Notes under the pieces: model-generated
Told to the model about the DNA's origin: nothing
Database searches by the model: none
What the model saw: only the letters and a program-made list of their open reading frames with translations
Shown here: piece by piece, positions 10,685 to 18,352 of the stretch
Layout: every line of letters starts with the position of its first letter
How positions within the stretch are numbered: the stretch's first letter is position 1
Position numbers and translations under genes: made by a program
DNA from: Mycobacteriales bacterium
GTDB lineage: Bacteria > Actinomycetota > Actinomycetes > Mycobacteriales > SCTD01
DNA length: 64,000 nucleotides
Direction of reading: 5' to 3'
Assembly (NCBI GenBank): GCA_035714445.1
Contig: DASTLY010000067.1
Location: forward strand, 9,498-73,497

Positions 10685-11911
10685 TCAGACCGTCACCGGC
10701 GCCACGTCGCGGACGCCCGACCCGGTGCCCGCCTGGCCGGGCACGCCGAGCACCCGCGGGAAGGAGTCGGGGATGAGCAGGTCGTCCGGGGTGAGGTCGC
10801 GGACCGCGGACTTGCCGATGCCGAGCAGGCCCGAGTCGATGCCGCTGCGCAGGATGTCGAGGACGTTCTCGACGCCGGCCTGGCCGTTGGCCGCGAGCCC
10901 CCACAAGTAGGCGCGGCCGATCATGACGGCCTTGGCGCCGAGCGCGCAGGCCTTCACGACGTCGCTGCCCCGCCGGACGCCGCCGTCGAGCACGACGTCG
11001 AGCTGGTCGCCGACCGCCGCGACGACCGCGGGCAGCGCTCGGACGGAGGCGGGCGTGCCGTCGAGGTTGTTGCCACCGTGGTTGGACACCGAGATCGCGT
11101 CGAAGCCCACGTCGACGGCGTTCCTGGCGTCGTCGACCCGCATGACGCCCTTGAGCATCAGCTTGCCGGTGTAGTTCTCCCGCAGCCAGCGCAGGTCGTC
11201 CCAGGTCGGCAGCGGGGTCTGCATCCACTCGCCGTACGCGCCGAAGAAGCCGGGAGCCGGCTCGCCGGGCAGCGCCATGTTGGGCGTGGTGAGGTCGGGC
11301 AGCGCGCCGCTGCGGGCCCACCGCAGCGCCCAGGCCGGCCGCAGCGCGACCTCGGGGGCGAAGCGCACCATCGTCCTCAGGTCGATCTGGTTGGGGATCG
11401 TGGGGCTGCCCCAGTCGCGGCCCTGCGAGAACGACCAGTCCAGCGTGACGATGATCCCGACGGCGCCGGCGGCCTCGGCCCGGCGTACGCGGCCGAGGAT
11501 CTGCTCCCTGGTGCCGGCCCAGTAGAGCTGGAAGAAGGTCTTCGGGTTGGCCGCGACGACCTCCTCCACGGGCTTGCTGGCGAACGACGACAGGCCCATG
11601 GACGTCCCGCGCGCCGCTGCCGCCCGGGCGATGGCGACCTCACCCTCGGGGTGCACGGCCTGCACGCCGGTCGGGGAGATCATCACCGGCAGCGCGAGCT
11701 CCTGACCCATCACCGTGACGGACAGGTCGCGCTGCTGCGCCAGGTTGGCGACGTGCGGCGCGAAGCCCAGCTCGCCGTACGCCTCGACGTTGTCGTGCAG
11801 CGTGCGCCCGCTCTCCGAGCCGGCCACCAGGGCCATGTAGACCGACTTCGGCAGCGTCTTCTTGGCGCGCCGCTGCGCCTCCTGAACCGTCTCGAACCAG
11901 CGGTTGGCCAT
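10685..11911 (-). CDS. mftD: pre-mycofactocin synthase MftD (FMN-dependent alpha-hydroxy-acid oxidase family)
   Basis: Starts MANRWFETVQEAQRRAKKTLPKSVY. FMN-dehydrogenase motifs SNHGGNNLDG and LDGGVRRGSDVVKA. ATG at 11911, 5 nt after the mftC stop. Confidence 0.9.
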   Translation of the reverse strand: MANRWFETVQEAQRRAKKTLPKSVYMALVAGSESGRTLHDNVEAYGELGFAPHVANLAQQRDLSVTVMGQELALPVMISPTGVQAVHPEGEVAIARAAAARGTSMGLSSFASKPVEEVVAANPKTFFQLYWAGTREQILGRVRRAEAAGAVGIIVTLDWSFSQGRDWGSPTIPNQIDLRTMVRFAPEVALRPAWALRWARSGALPDLTTPNMALPGEPAPGFFGAYGEWMQTPLPTWDDLRWLRENYTGKLMLKGVMRVDDARNAVDVGFDAISVSNHGGNNLDGTPASVRALPAVVAAVGDQLDVVLDGGVRRGSDVVKACALGAKAVMIGRAYLWGLAANGQAGVENVLDILRSGIDSGLLGIGKSAVRDLTPDDLLIPDSFPRVLGVPGQAGTGSGVRDVAPVTV

Positions 11912-11916
11912 CGCTC

Positions 11917-13101
11917 CTACCTCGTCAGGCCCGCGAGCGGGCTCTCGTCGCACGCCTTGTCGGGTCTGCGCACGCTGAGCGTGACCGGGACCGGACCGCC
12001 GCGCACGCCGCCCTTGTGCGAGTGGTCCAGGGACGGCTTCGGCGCCGCCCCCGGAGTGATCTTGGACAGCGCGATCTCGCCGTAGCCCTTGACGCACTCC
12101 GGGTCGGGCCCGTCCAGCGGCAGGCCGGTGAAGAACTTCGCCGCCATGCAGCCGCCCCGGCAGGCGTCGTAGGAGCTGCAGCCCGAGCAGGCGCCGCCGC
12201 TCTGCGGCTCGCGGAGCTCCAGGAACAGCTCGGACTCCCGCCAGACCCGCGCAAAGCCGCCCTCGCTGCGCACGTTGCCGGCCAGGAACTGGTCGTGGAT
12301 CGCGAACGGGCAGGCGTACACGTCGCCGACCGGGTCGATCAGGCACACGACGCGGCCGGCGCCGCACAGGTTCAGCCCGGGCAGGGCGTCGCCGTACGCC
12401 GCAAGGTGGAAGAACGAGTCCCCGGTCAGCACGCCCTCGCCGTGCAGCACCAGCCAGTCGTAGAGCTCGCGCTGCTGCGCCTGGGTCGGGTGCAGGTCGT
12501 CCCAGACGTCCGCGCCGCGGCCGGACGGGCGCAGCCGGGTCAGCCTCAGCTGCGCCCCGAACCGGTCCGCGATGGCCTTGAACTCGTCCAGCTGACCGAT
12601 GTTGTAGCGGGTGCAAACCACCGACAGCTTGGCCTGCACACCGACGTCGGACAGGTGCTGCAGCGCGCGTACGGCGGTGTCGTAGGACCCCGTGCCGCGG
12701 ACGGCGTCGTTGACCTCGGGCGTCGCGCCGTCGATGGAGATCTGGATGTCGACGTAGGAGTTGGCGGCGATCCGGCGGGCCGCCTCCGCATCGATCTTGA
12801 TGCCGTTGGTGGAGAACTTCACCCCGACGTCGTGCGAAGTGGCGTAGTCCAGCAGGTCCCAGAAGTCGCTGCGGACCGTCGGCTCACCACCGCCGATGTT
12901 GACGTAGAAGACCTGCATGCGCTGCAGCTCGTCGATCACGGCCTTGCACTCGTCGGTGCTCAGCTCGCGGGGGTCACGCCGGCCGGAGCTGGACAGGCAG
13001 TGCGAGCACGCCAGGTTGCAGGCGTAGGTCAGCTCCCAGGTCAGGCAGATGGGGGCGTCGAGGCCGAGGGCGAAGTGCTCCACCAGCGGGACGGCAGTCA
13101 T
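11917..13101 (-). CDS. mftC: mycofactocin radical SAM maturase MftC
   Basis: Radical-SAM CxxxCxxC (TYACNLACSHC). SPASM-type C-terminal Cys clusters (CGAGRVVC..., CPF..., CSGCSSYDACRGGC). ATGA overlap with the mftB stop at 13098-13101. Confidence 0.92.
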   Translation of the reverse strand: MTAVPLVEHFALGLDAPICLTWELTYACNLACSHCLSSSGRRDPRELSTDECKAVIDELQRMQVFYVNIGGGEPTVRSDFWDLLDYATSHDVGVKFSTNGIKIDAEAARRIAANSYVDIQISIDGATPEVNDAVRGTGSYDTAVRALQHLSDVGVQAKLSVVCTRYNIGQLDEFKAIADRFGAQLRLTRLRPSGRGADVWDDLHPTQAQQRELYDWLVLHGEGVLTGDSFFHLAAYGDALPGLNLCGAGRVVCLIDPVGDVYACPFAIHDQFLAGNVRSEGGFARVWRESELFLELREPQSGGACSGCSSYDACRGGCMAAKFFTGLPLDGPDPECVKGYGEIALSKITPGAAPKPSLDHSHKGGVRGGPVPVTLSVRRPDKACDESPLAGLTR

Positions 13102-13358
13102 GCGCGCTCCTTGAGCATGTCGGTGTCGGCGAGCTGGGCCAGGGCCTTCTCGTACGCCGGCAGCTGCGCGTCGGTGAGCCCCGCCGCGGTGCAGGCCTCG
13201 CGGGCGGAGCCGGCCGCGCCGAGGCCCTGCACCACCTCGAGCAGCCGGCGGTCCTTGAGGAAGGACAGCCGGCGGGTGCCGAAGTGGTAGAGCAGCGCGC
13301 CGAAGGACTCCGGCCGCACCGAGACCTGCGGGTGCAGGTCCCAGGCCCGATCGAGCAC
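13098..13358 (-). CDS. mftB: mycofactocin biosynthesis chaperone MftB (RRE/PqqD-like)
   Basis: VVLDRAWDLHPQVSVRPESFGALLYHFGTRRLSFLKD... is typical of MftB. GTG start at 13358, 2 nt after the mftA stop. The longer track ORF (to 13484) overlaps mftA out of frame and is R/G/H-rich. Confidence 0.8.
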   Translation of the reverse strand: MLDRAWDLHPQVSVRPESFGALLYHFGTRRLSFLKDRRLLEVVQGLGAAGSAREACTAAGLTDAQLPAYEKALAQLADTDMLKERA

Positions 13359-13360
13359 GA

Positions 13361-13480
13361 CTAGTAGACGCCGCACATGCCGTCGATGGACACGTCCTCG
13401 ACCAGCAGGTCCTGCTCCACGACGGGCTCGTCGGCCTGGACCTCGACGACGGGGGCCTCGACGGTGGCGGTGGTGTCCAT
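13361..13480 (-). CDS. mftA: mycofactocin precursor peptide MftA (39 aa, not in the ORF track)
   Basis: Hand translation of the minus strand gives MDTTATVEAPVVEVQADEPVVEQDLLVEDVSIDGMCGVY-stop. The C-terminal IDGMCGVY is the canonical MftA core ending in Val-Tyr. AGGAGGA Shine-Dalgarno 5 nt upstream of the ATG (plus strand tcctcct at 13486-13492). Confidence 0.9.
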   Translation of the reverse strand: MDTTATVEAPVVEVQADEPVVEQDLLVEDVSIDGMCGVY

Positions 13481-13532
13481 GCATCCTCCTACGACGGAGC
13501 CGGACGTGTGACCGGCGTCATGGGGACCTTAA

Positions 13533-13547
13533 CGGCACCCGGTGCCG
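13533..13547. promoter_or_regulatory. perfect 7-1-7 inverted repeat CGGCACC-C-GGTGCCG in the mftR/mftA divergent intergenic region; candidate TetR (MftR) operator
   Basis: Palindrome read directly from the sequence, about 55 nt upstream of mftA and about 60 nt upstream of the proposed mftR start. Flanked by the direct half-repeats GTGACCGGC and GTGACCAGC. No binding data. Confidence 0.3.
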
Positions 13548-13604
13548 GTGACCAGCACCCTGCCCGGCAGGTCGTTGTCACCGGACGGACAGGGAGGACG
13601 GCAC

Positions 13605-14210
13605 GTGCTGCAGGACGAGGCGTCCGGCGACCTGCCGCGCTCCGGGCGCCCACCCGCGACCAGCCGGGACGAGCTGGAGCAGGTGGCGCGCGAGCTGTTC
13701 GCCGAGCGCGGCTTCGAGGCGACGACCGTCGACGACATCGCCGCCGCGGCCGGCATCGGCCGTCGGACGTTCTTCCGCTACTTCGCCTCCAAGAACGACG
13801 TCGTGTGGGGCGACTTCGACCACGGCCTCGACGAGCTGGCCCGGCGGCTGCGGTCCGGGGAACCCACCCGACCGCTGCTCGACGCGCTGCGCGAGGCCGT
13901 CCTCGCCTTCAACCGGCTCAGCGGCGACGGGGTGGCCTGGCACCGGGCGCGGATGCGGCTCATCCTGGAAGTGCCTGCCCTGCAGGCGCACAGCACCTTG
14001 CGGTACGCCGCCTGGCGGGCGGTGGTCGCGGAGTTCGTCGCGGCCCGGCTCGGCCTCGCGGACGACGACCTGCTGCCCCAGCTGGTCGCGCACCTGTGCC
14101 TGGGAGCCGCGCTCACCGCGTACGAGCAGTGGCTGCGCGACCCCGGCGCCGACCTCGAGCAGCTGCTCGACGCCGCGCTGCGCGCGCTAGACGGGTCCTG
14201 GGCGGGTTGA
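13605..14210 (+). CDS. mftR: mycofactocin system transcriptional regulator MftR (TetR family)
   Basis: TetR HTH region ATTVDDIAAAAGIGRRTFFRYFASKNDVV. Divergent from mftA. GTG 13605 preferred because GGGAGGA lies 6 nt upstream. The track ORF starts at 13542. Confidence 0.8.
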   Translation: MLQDEASGDLPRSGRPPATSRDELEQVARELFAERGFEATTVDDIAAAAGIGRRTFFRYFASKNDVVWGDFDHGLDELARRLRSGEPTRPLLDALREAVLAFNRLSGDGVAWHRARMRLILEVPALQAHSTLRYAAWRAVVAEFVAARLGLADDDLLPQLVAHLCLGAALTAYEQWLRDPGADLEQLLDAALRALDGSWAG

Positions 14211-14225
14211 CCGGCAGGAGGACGG

Positions 14226-15659
14226 TCAGTCGGGTCTGGCGCGATGGACCGCCCCACGGGGGCTGGTCCAGGTGGTGGTGCCGTCGGGGCTCCGGGCGCA
14301 GGTCCAGCCGTCGTGCTTGAGCCGGTGGTGTTGCTTGCAGAGCGGGTGCAGGTTGGCCACGCTCGTCGGCCCGTCGGGGTGCGGGCGGCGGTGGTCGAGC
14401 TCGCAGCGCCGGGACCTGCGGCCGCAGCCCGGGAAGCAGCAGGTCGCGTCGCGGGCACGCAGCAACCGGGCCTGGGCGGCGGTCGGCTGGTAGGCGTCGG
14501 TCATCGGCGGCGGTGCGGGCAGGCCGGAGGTGAGCCGGCCGAGCAGCCCGGCCTTCGTGCGGTGCCCCTCCAGCAGCCGTGCGAGGGGGACGGCCCGGTC
14601 GTCGACGGCCACGACCTGACCGAGCGGATCGACGCAGACCCGCCGCACCTTCACCCCGCCGAGCCCGACGGGCAGCCCTGCGGGATCGGTGAGTAGCTCG
14701 GCGAGCAGTCCAGGGTCGACGGTGCCGTGCCCGAGCATCTCCGGCCCGGCCTCGTGCCGCCGACGGCGCACCCCCAGCGGGTCCCGCGAGTTCGGCGGCT
14801 CCGTTGCCATGACTGCAGCTCCGGTGGGTGCGGGGGTGGGCTCCTGGAGCAGCGCGAGCAGGTCCGGGCTGAGGTCGGCCTGGATGGTGAGCGGCTCGGG
14901 AGGGCAGACCGGGGACACCTGCCGTGTGTCGGTGACCTGCACCGGGATCTCGAGCTGCAGCTCGAGGTCCGCGGCGCTGCCCGCGCGGGCGACCAGCGCG
15001 GCCAGCAGCGCGTCTACCTGCCGCTGCCCGTGCGTGCGCTCATCGTCCGGGCCGGCCGGGCGCGACAGCACGTCCAGGATCTGGTCCGCCGCGCCCAGCT
15101 GCCCCGCCGGCCCGGTGGTCACCCAGGCGGCGAGGCCGTCCGGCAACGGCCGGAGTCGCACCCCGCTGTCCCGCTCGGCCGCCTCCTGCCGCCGACGGGC
15201 AGCCGCGGCCGGGTCCAGGCGCACCGCCGCCCGTCGCAGCGCCCGGCGGAGCTCGGCGGGCGCGCCGTCCCACCCGAGCCGGCCGCCGGAGGCAAGCACC
15301 TCGGCCAGCACCCGATCGGCCAGCGCGACGTCGCCCAGGGCGTCGATCTCGTCGATCGTCACCAGAGCGTGCGCAACGCCGAGGCGGCCGTCGCGAAGCA
15401 GCGAGCGCAGCAGCGGGTGCTCCCGCAGCGACATCGCCATCCCGAGCCGGCGGCCCACGCTCTGCGGGTGCAGCCCCAGCGCGGTGCCGGCTTCCGCGAG
15501 AACGTGCGGACGACGGCCGGCCCGGCTGTCGGGCGGGGTGGTGTCCCAGATCTCCAGCAGCGCGTCGCACTGCCGCACGAGCAGCCCGCCGGCCTCCAGC
15601 TCGAGGGCGGTCAGCGCGTCGAGCTGCGCATCGCGCTCCCGAATCAGCTCCTCGAACAT
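14226..15659 (-). CDS. DUF222 / HNH endonuclease-domain protein (REP13E12-like family)
   Basis: C-terminal HNH motif CCFPGCGRRSRRCELDHRRPH...NLHPLCKQHHRLKH. Long helical DUF222-like N-terminal part. ATG 15659 (MFEELIRERD...). Confidence 0.8.
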   Translation of the reverse strand: MFEELIRERDAQLDALTALELEAGGLLVRQCDALLEIWDTTPPDSRAGRRPHVLAEAGTALGLHPQSVGRRLGMAMSLREHPLLRSLLRDGRLGVAHALVTIDEIDALGDVALADRVLAEVLASGGRLGWDGAPAELRRALRRAAVRLDPAAAARRRQEAAERDSGVRLRPLPDGLAAWVTTGPAGQLGAADQILDVLSRPAGPDDERTHGQRQVDALLAALVARAGSAADLELQLEIPVQVTDTRQVSPVCPPEPLTIQADLSPDLLALLQEPTPAPTGAAVMATEPPNSRDPLGVRRRRHEAGPEMLGHGTVDPGLLAELLTDPAGLPVGLGGVKVRRVCVDPLGQVVAVDDRAVPLARLLEGHRTKAGLLGRLTSGLPAPPPMTDAYQPTAAQARLLRARDATCCFPGCGRRSRRCELDHRRPHPDGPTSVANLHPLCKQHHRLKHDGWTCARSPDGTTTWTSPRGAVHRARPD

Positions 15660-15934
15660 GTGTGCGAGTCTACGCGAGAACCGCGGTCGAGGCAAGGAAT
15701 GCGCAGGTCAGGCAGGGGAAGCTAGGCCGGGGCCGGGGCACGTGGACGGCCGACAACGCTCGGGCACCGCCCCTGCCGACCCGCTGCCCAGGCCGCCGCT
15801 GCGGCCCACCCGGCCTGCCCATCGACGGCAGCGACATCCGCGAGGCTGTCCCAGCCGGCCACACCGGCCCAGCGTCGGACGCGCCGCAGCCCTCACGACC
15901 CGACGGTGCGCGCCGCACTGCGCGAGAATGGCGC

Positions 15935-16423
15935 ATGTCCTCCGCGCGCAACACCGTGCTGCTCCTGGCGGCGGCGGCCGGCACGGTCGCGGTCTACGTG
16001 AGCATCTTCTTCATCGACACGACGAGGGACAACCGCGCCACCCTGGACAACGAGCCGGTCAAGGGGGTCGCGACGAAGGCGTGCACCGCCCTGCGCCTGG
16101 AGCTGGACGCGCTGCCGCCGCTGCCCGCGGACGCCACCGAGCAGCAGCGGCAGGACCGGATCGCCGCCCAGGACCGGGCCGTGCGCACGCTGATCGGGAC
16201 CGTGCAGGCGGTCGGCGAGCCGGCGCTGCGCAAGGACGTCCCGGCGGCGGAGTGGCTGGCGGACTGGGCCACGCTCGCCGACGCGCGTCAGGCGTACGCC
16301 GCCGCCGGTGCGGCCGGGCCCTTCTCCGTCCCGGTCGCCGAGGGGCGCCCGCTGTCGGACCGGATGGGCGCCGTCGGGCTGCCCGGCTGCCTGGTGCCCG
16401 TCTCGCTCACCACCGCGCCCTGA
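15935..16423 (+). CDS. membrane-anchored hypothetical protein
   Basis: MSSARNTVLLLAAAAGTVAVYVSIFFI gives one N-terminal TM helix, followed by a helical soluble part. ATG 15935 is in frame with track ORF 15662..16423, whose upstream part is R/P-rich. Confidence 0.55.
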   Translation: MSSARNTVLLLAAAAGTVAVYVSIFFIDTTRDNRATLDNEPVKGVATKACTALRLELDALPPLPADATEQQRQDRIAAQDRAVRTLIGTVQAVGEPALRKDVPAAEWLADWATLADARQAYAAAGAAGPFSVPVAEGRPLSDRMGAVGLPGCLVPVSLTTAP

Positions 16424-16434
16424 CCGGGCCCGCG

Positions 16435-17196
16435 GTGCCCGACGAGGTCCGGCCGGCGGCGTTCTTCGAGCAGCTGGACGTCGTGGCGGCGCCGCGCGAG
16501 CTCGTGGCACTCGGCGGCACCCTGGACCCGGCGACGCTGGTGGCGGCCTACCGGGCGGGGTGCTTTCCCTGGCCGCCGTCCGGCCCGGCCACAGGGGCGC
16601 TGCAGCGCTCCGCCAAACGGTTGGCGAGGACCGGCCGGGTACCGGTGCTCGAGGGCTGCGACGGGCTGGTCCCCTGGTGCTCCCCCGAGCCGCGGGCCGT
16701 CCTGCTGCCGGACCTGCTGACCGTGTCGCGCTCGCTGCGCAGGCGGCTGCGCAGCTGTGGCTGGGAGACGACGGTCGACACGGCGTTCCCCGACGTGATG
16801 GCGGGCTGCGCCGACCGCGACGAGACGTGGATCAACGAGCGGATGCGGGCGGCGTACACCGCCCTGCACGCCGAGGGCGGGGCCCACAGCCTGGAGGTCT
16901 GGGACGGCGAGCGCCTGGTCGGGGGCCTGTACGGCGTGCTGACCGGCGGGGTCTTCAGCGGCGAGTCCATGTTCCACCGGGAGAGTGACGCGTCGAAGGT
17001 CGCGCTGGTCGACCTCGTGCACCGGCTGCGGGAGGGTGGCGTCGTGCTGCTCGACACCCAGCAGCAGACCGCCCACATGGCGTCGCTGGGACAGGTCGCG
17101 GTACGCCGCGAGGAGTACGTCGCCGCGCTGCGCCAGCTGCGCGACCTCCCGGCAGGCCTGCCCACCGGCCGGCGCCCGGTCGCCCGGCTGGTGTAA
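16435..17196 (+). CDS. aat: leucyl/phenylalanyl-tRNA--protein transferase
   Basis: L/F-transferase motifs AYRAGCFPW, VWDGERLVGGLYGV and GESMFHRESDASKVAL. GTG start 16435. This is the 3' part of the long track ORF 14689..17196, whose upstream part is S/R/P-rich and antisense to the DUF222 gene. Confidence 0.8.
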   Translation: MPDEVRPAAFFEQLDVVAAPRELVALGGTLDPATLVAAYRAGCFPWPPSGPATGALQRSAKRLARTGRVPVLEGCDGLVPWCSPEPRAVLLPDLLTVSRSLRRRLRSCGWETTVDTAFPDVMAGCADRDETWINERMRAAYTALHAEGGAHSLEVWDGERLVGGLYGVLTGGVFSGESMFHRESDASKVALVDLVHRLREGGVVLLDTQQQTAHMASLGQVAVRREEYVAALRQLRDLPAGLPTGRRPVARLV

Positions 17197-17202
17197 GAGG
17201 GC

Positions 17203-18321
17203 TCAGGCGCTGCGCCAGAGCAGCACCAGCCCGCGGTCGTCCGGCGCGGCGCCCGCGACCTTGCTGACCAGGCGGTCCGCGCCGCCGGCGAAGCCGCCCT
17301 GGACCAGCCGCTCGGCCTCCCCCAGCAGCTTGTCGATGCCGACGGACAGGTCGCGCCCGGGGATCTCGACCAGCCCGTCCGTGTAGAGCAGCAGCGCGTC
17401 CCCCGGGTCGAGCCGGCCGTGCACGGCGTCGTACGCCACGTCGGGGAGCAGCCCCAGCACGACGCCGGCGGCCTCGAGCAGGCTCCACCGGCCGCTGCCG
17501 GCGTCCAGGTGGGCGACCGGGGGGTGGCCGGCCGAGTCGAGGACGAACCTGCCCGTGTGCAGGTCGATCACGAGGTGGACGGCGGTGGCGAACCCCTCGT
17601 CCCAGTCCTGTCGTACGAGGTAGGCGTTGGCCGCGGGCAGGAAGTCGCCGGGTGCGCGGCTGCCCAGCAGCCCGCCGAGGGCGCCGGACAGCAGCAGCGC
17701 GCGGGTGCCCGCGTCGACGCCCTTGCCGGACACGTCGACCAGCGCGACCTCGAGCCGGCGGTCGCCGCCGGTGAGCGCGCTGACGACGAAGTCGCCGGAG
17801 AAGGGTCCGCCGCCGGCCGGCCGGACGACGGCCTCCGCGTGCCAGCCGCGCGGCAGCTCCGGCAGCCGGCCCTGCTGCTGCAGGCGGGTGCGCAGCTCGA
17901 CCAGGACGGAGCCGCCCCGGCGGCCCCCCATCCCGGTCGCGTCCCGGGCCCTGGCCAGCGCCCAGGACAGGGCGGCGCTCGCCGCGATGACCACGATCGC
18001 CGCCGGCGACGCGCTCTCGTCCGGCGCCGCGCTGTAGATCCCGACCACGCTGCCGGTCGCCACCACGAACAGCCACCGCATCTCCCGCCGCCCGAGCAGC
18101 AGGCCGCCGGCGAGCAGCGGGAGGACCTGCGCGCTCGGCGGCACCGCTCGCAGCCCCAGCCGGATGGTCCCCAGCATCGCCAGCAGCGAGGCGACGCACA
18201 GCGCCGGCAGGGCGACCCGCTGGCTGGGCGGGTGGCTGCGGGCGAGCTCCGCTGCGCGCGCGGCCAGCCGGCGCAGGCGCCGCGGGACCGTGAGGCGGGG
18301 CGCGCGGAGCAGCCGGATCAT
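17203..18321 (-). CDS. membrane-bound PP2C-family (SpoIIE-like) serine/threonine phosphatase
   Basis: About 4 N-terminal TM helices, followed by PP2C/SpoIIE motifs FSGDFV, LVDVSGKGVDAG and LLLYTDGLVE. Confidence 0.8.
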   Translation of the reverse strand: MIRLLRAPRLTVPRRLRRLAARAAELARSHPPSQRVALPALCVASLLAMLGTIRLGLRAVPPSAQVLPLLAGGLLLGRREMRWLFVVATGSVVGIYSAAPDESASPAAIVVIAASAALSWALARARDATGMGGRRGGSVLVELRTRLQQQGRLPELPRGWHAEAVVRPAGGGPFSGDFVVSALTGGDRRLEVALVDVSGKGVDAGTRALLLSGALGGLLGSRAPGDFLPAANAYLVRQDWDEGFATAVHLVIDLHTGRFVLDSAGHPPVAHLDAGSGRWSLLEAAGVVLGLLPDVAYDAVHGRLDPGDALLLYTDGLVEIPGRDLSVGIDKLLGEAERLVQGGFAGGADRLVSKVAGAAPDDRGLVLLWRSA

Positions 18322-18352
18322 GGTTCGGGCAGGCTACCGACGGTGCGGTCGG

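Noticed and set aside
14208-14228. Hairpin TGACCG-(9 nt)-CGGTCA between mftR and the DUF222 gene as a terminator
   Set aside because: The stem is only 6 bp with a 9-nt loop and no U-tract, and it is largely formed by the two stop codons themselves. It is too weak to call.
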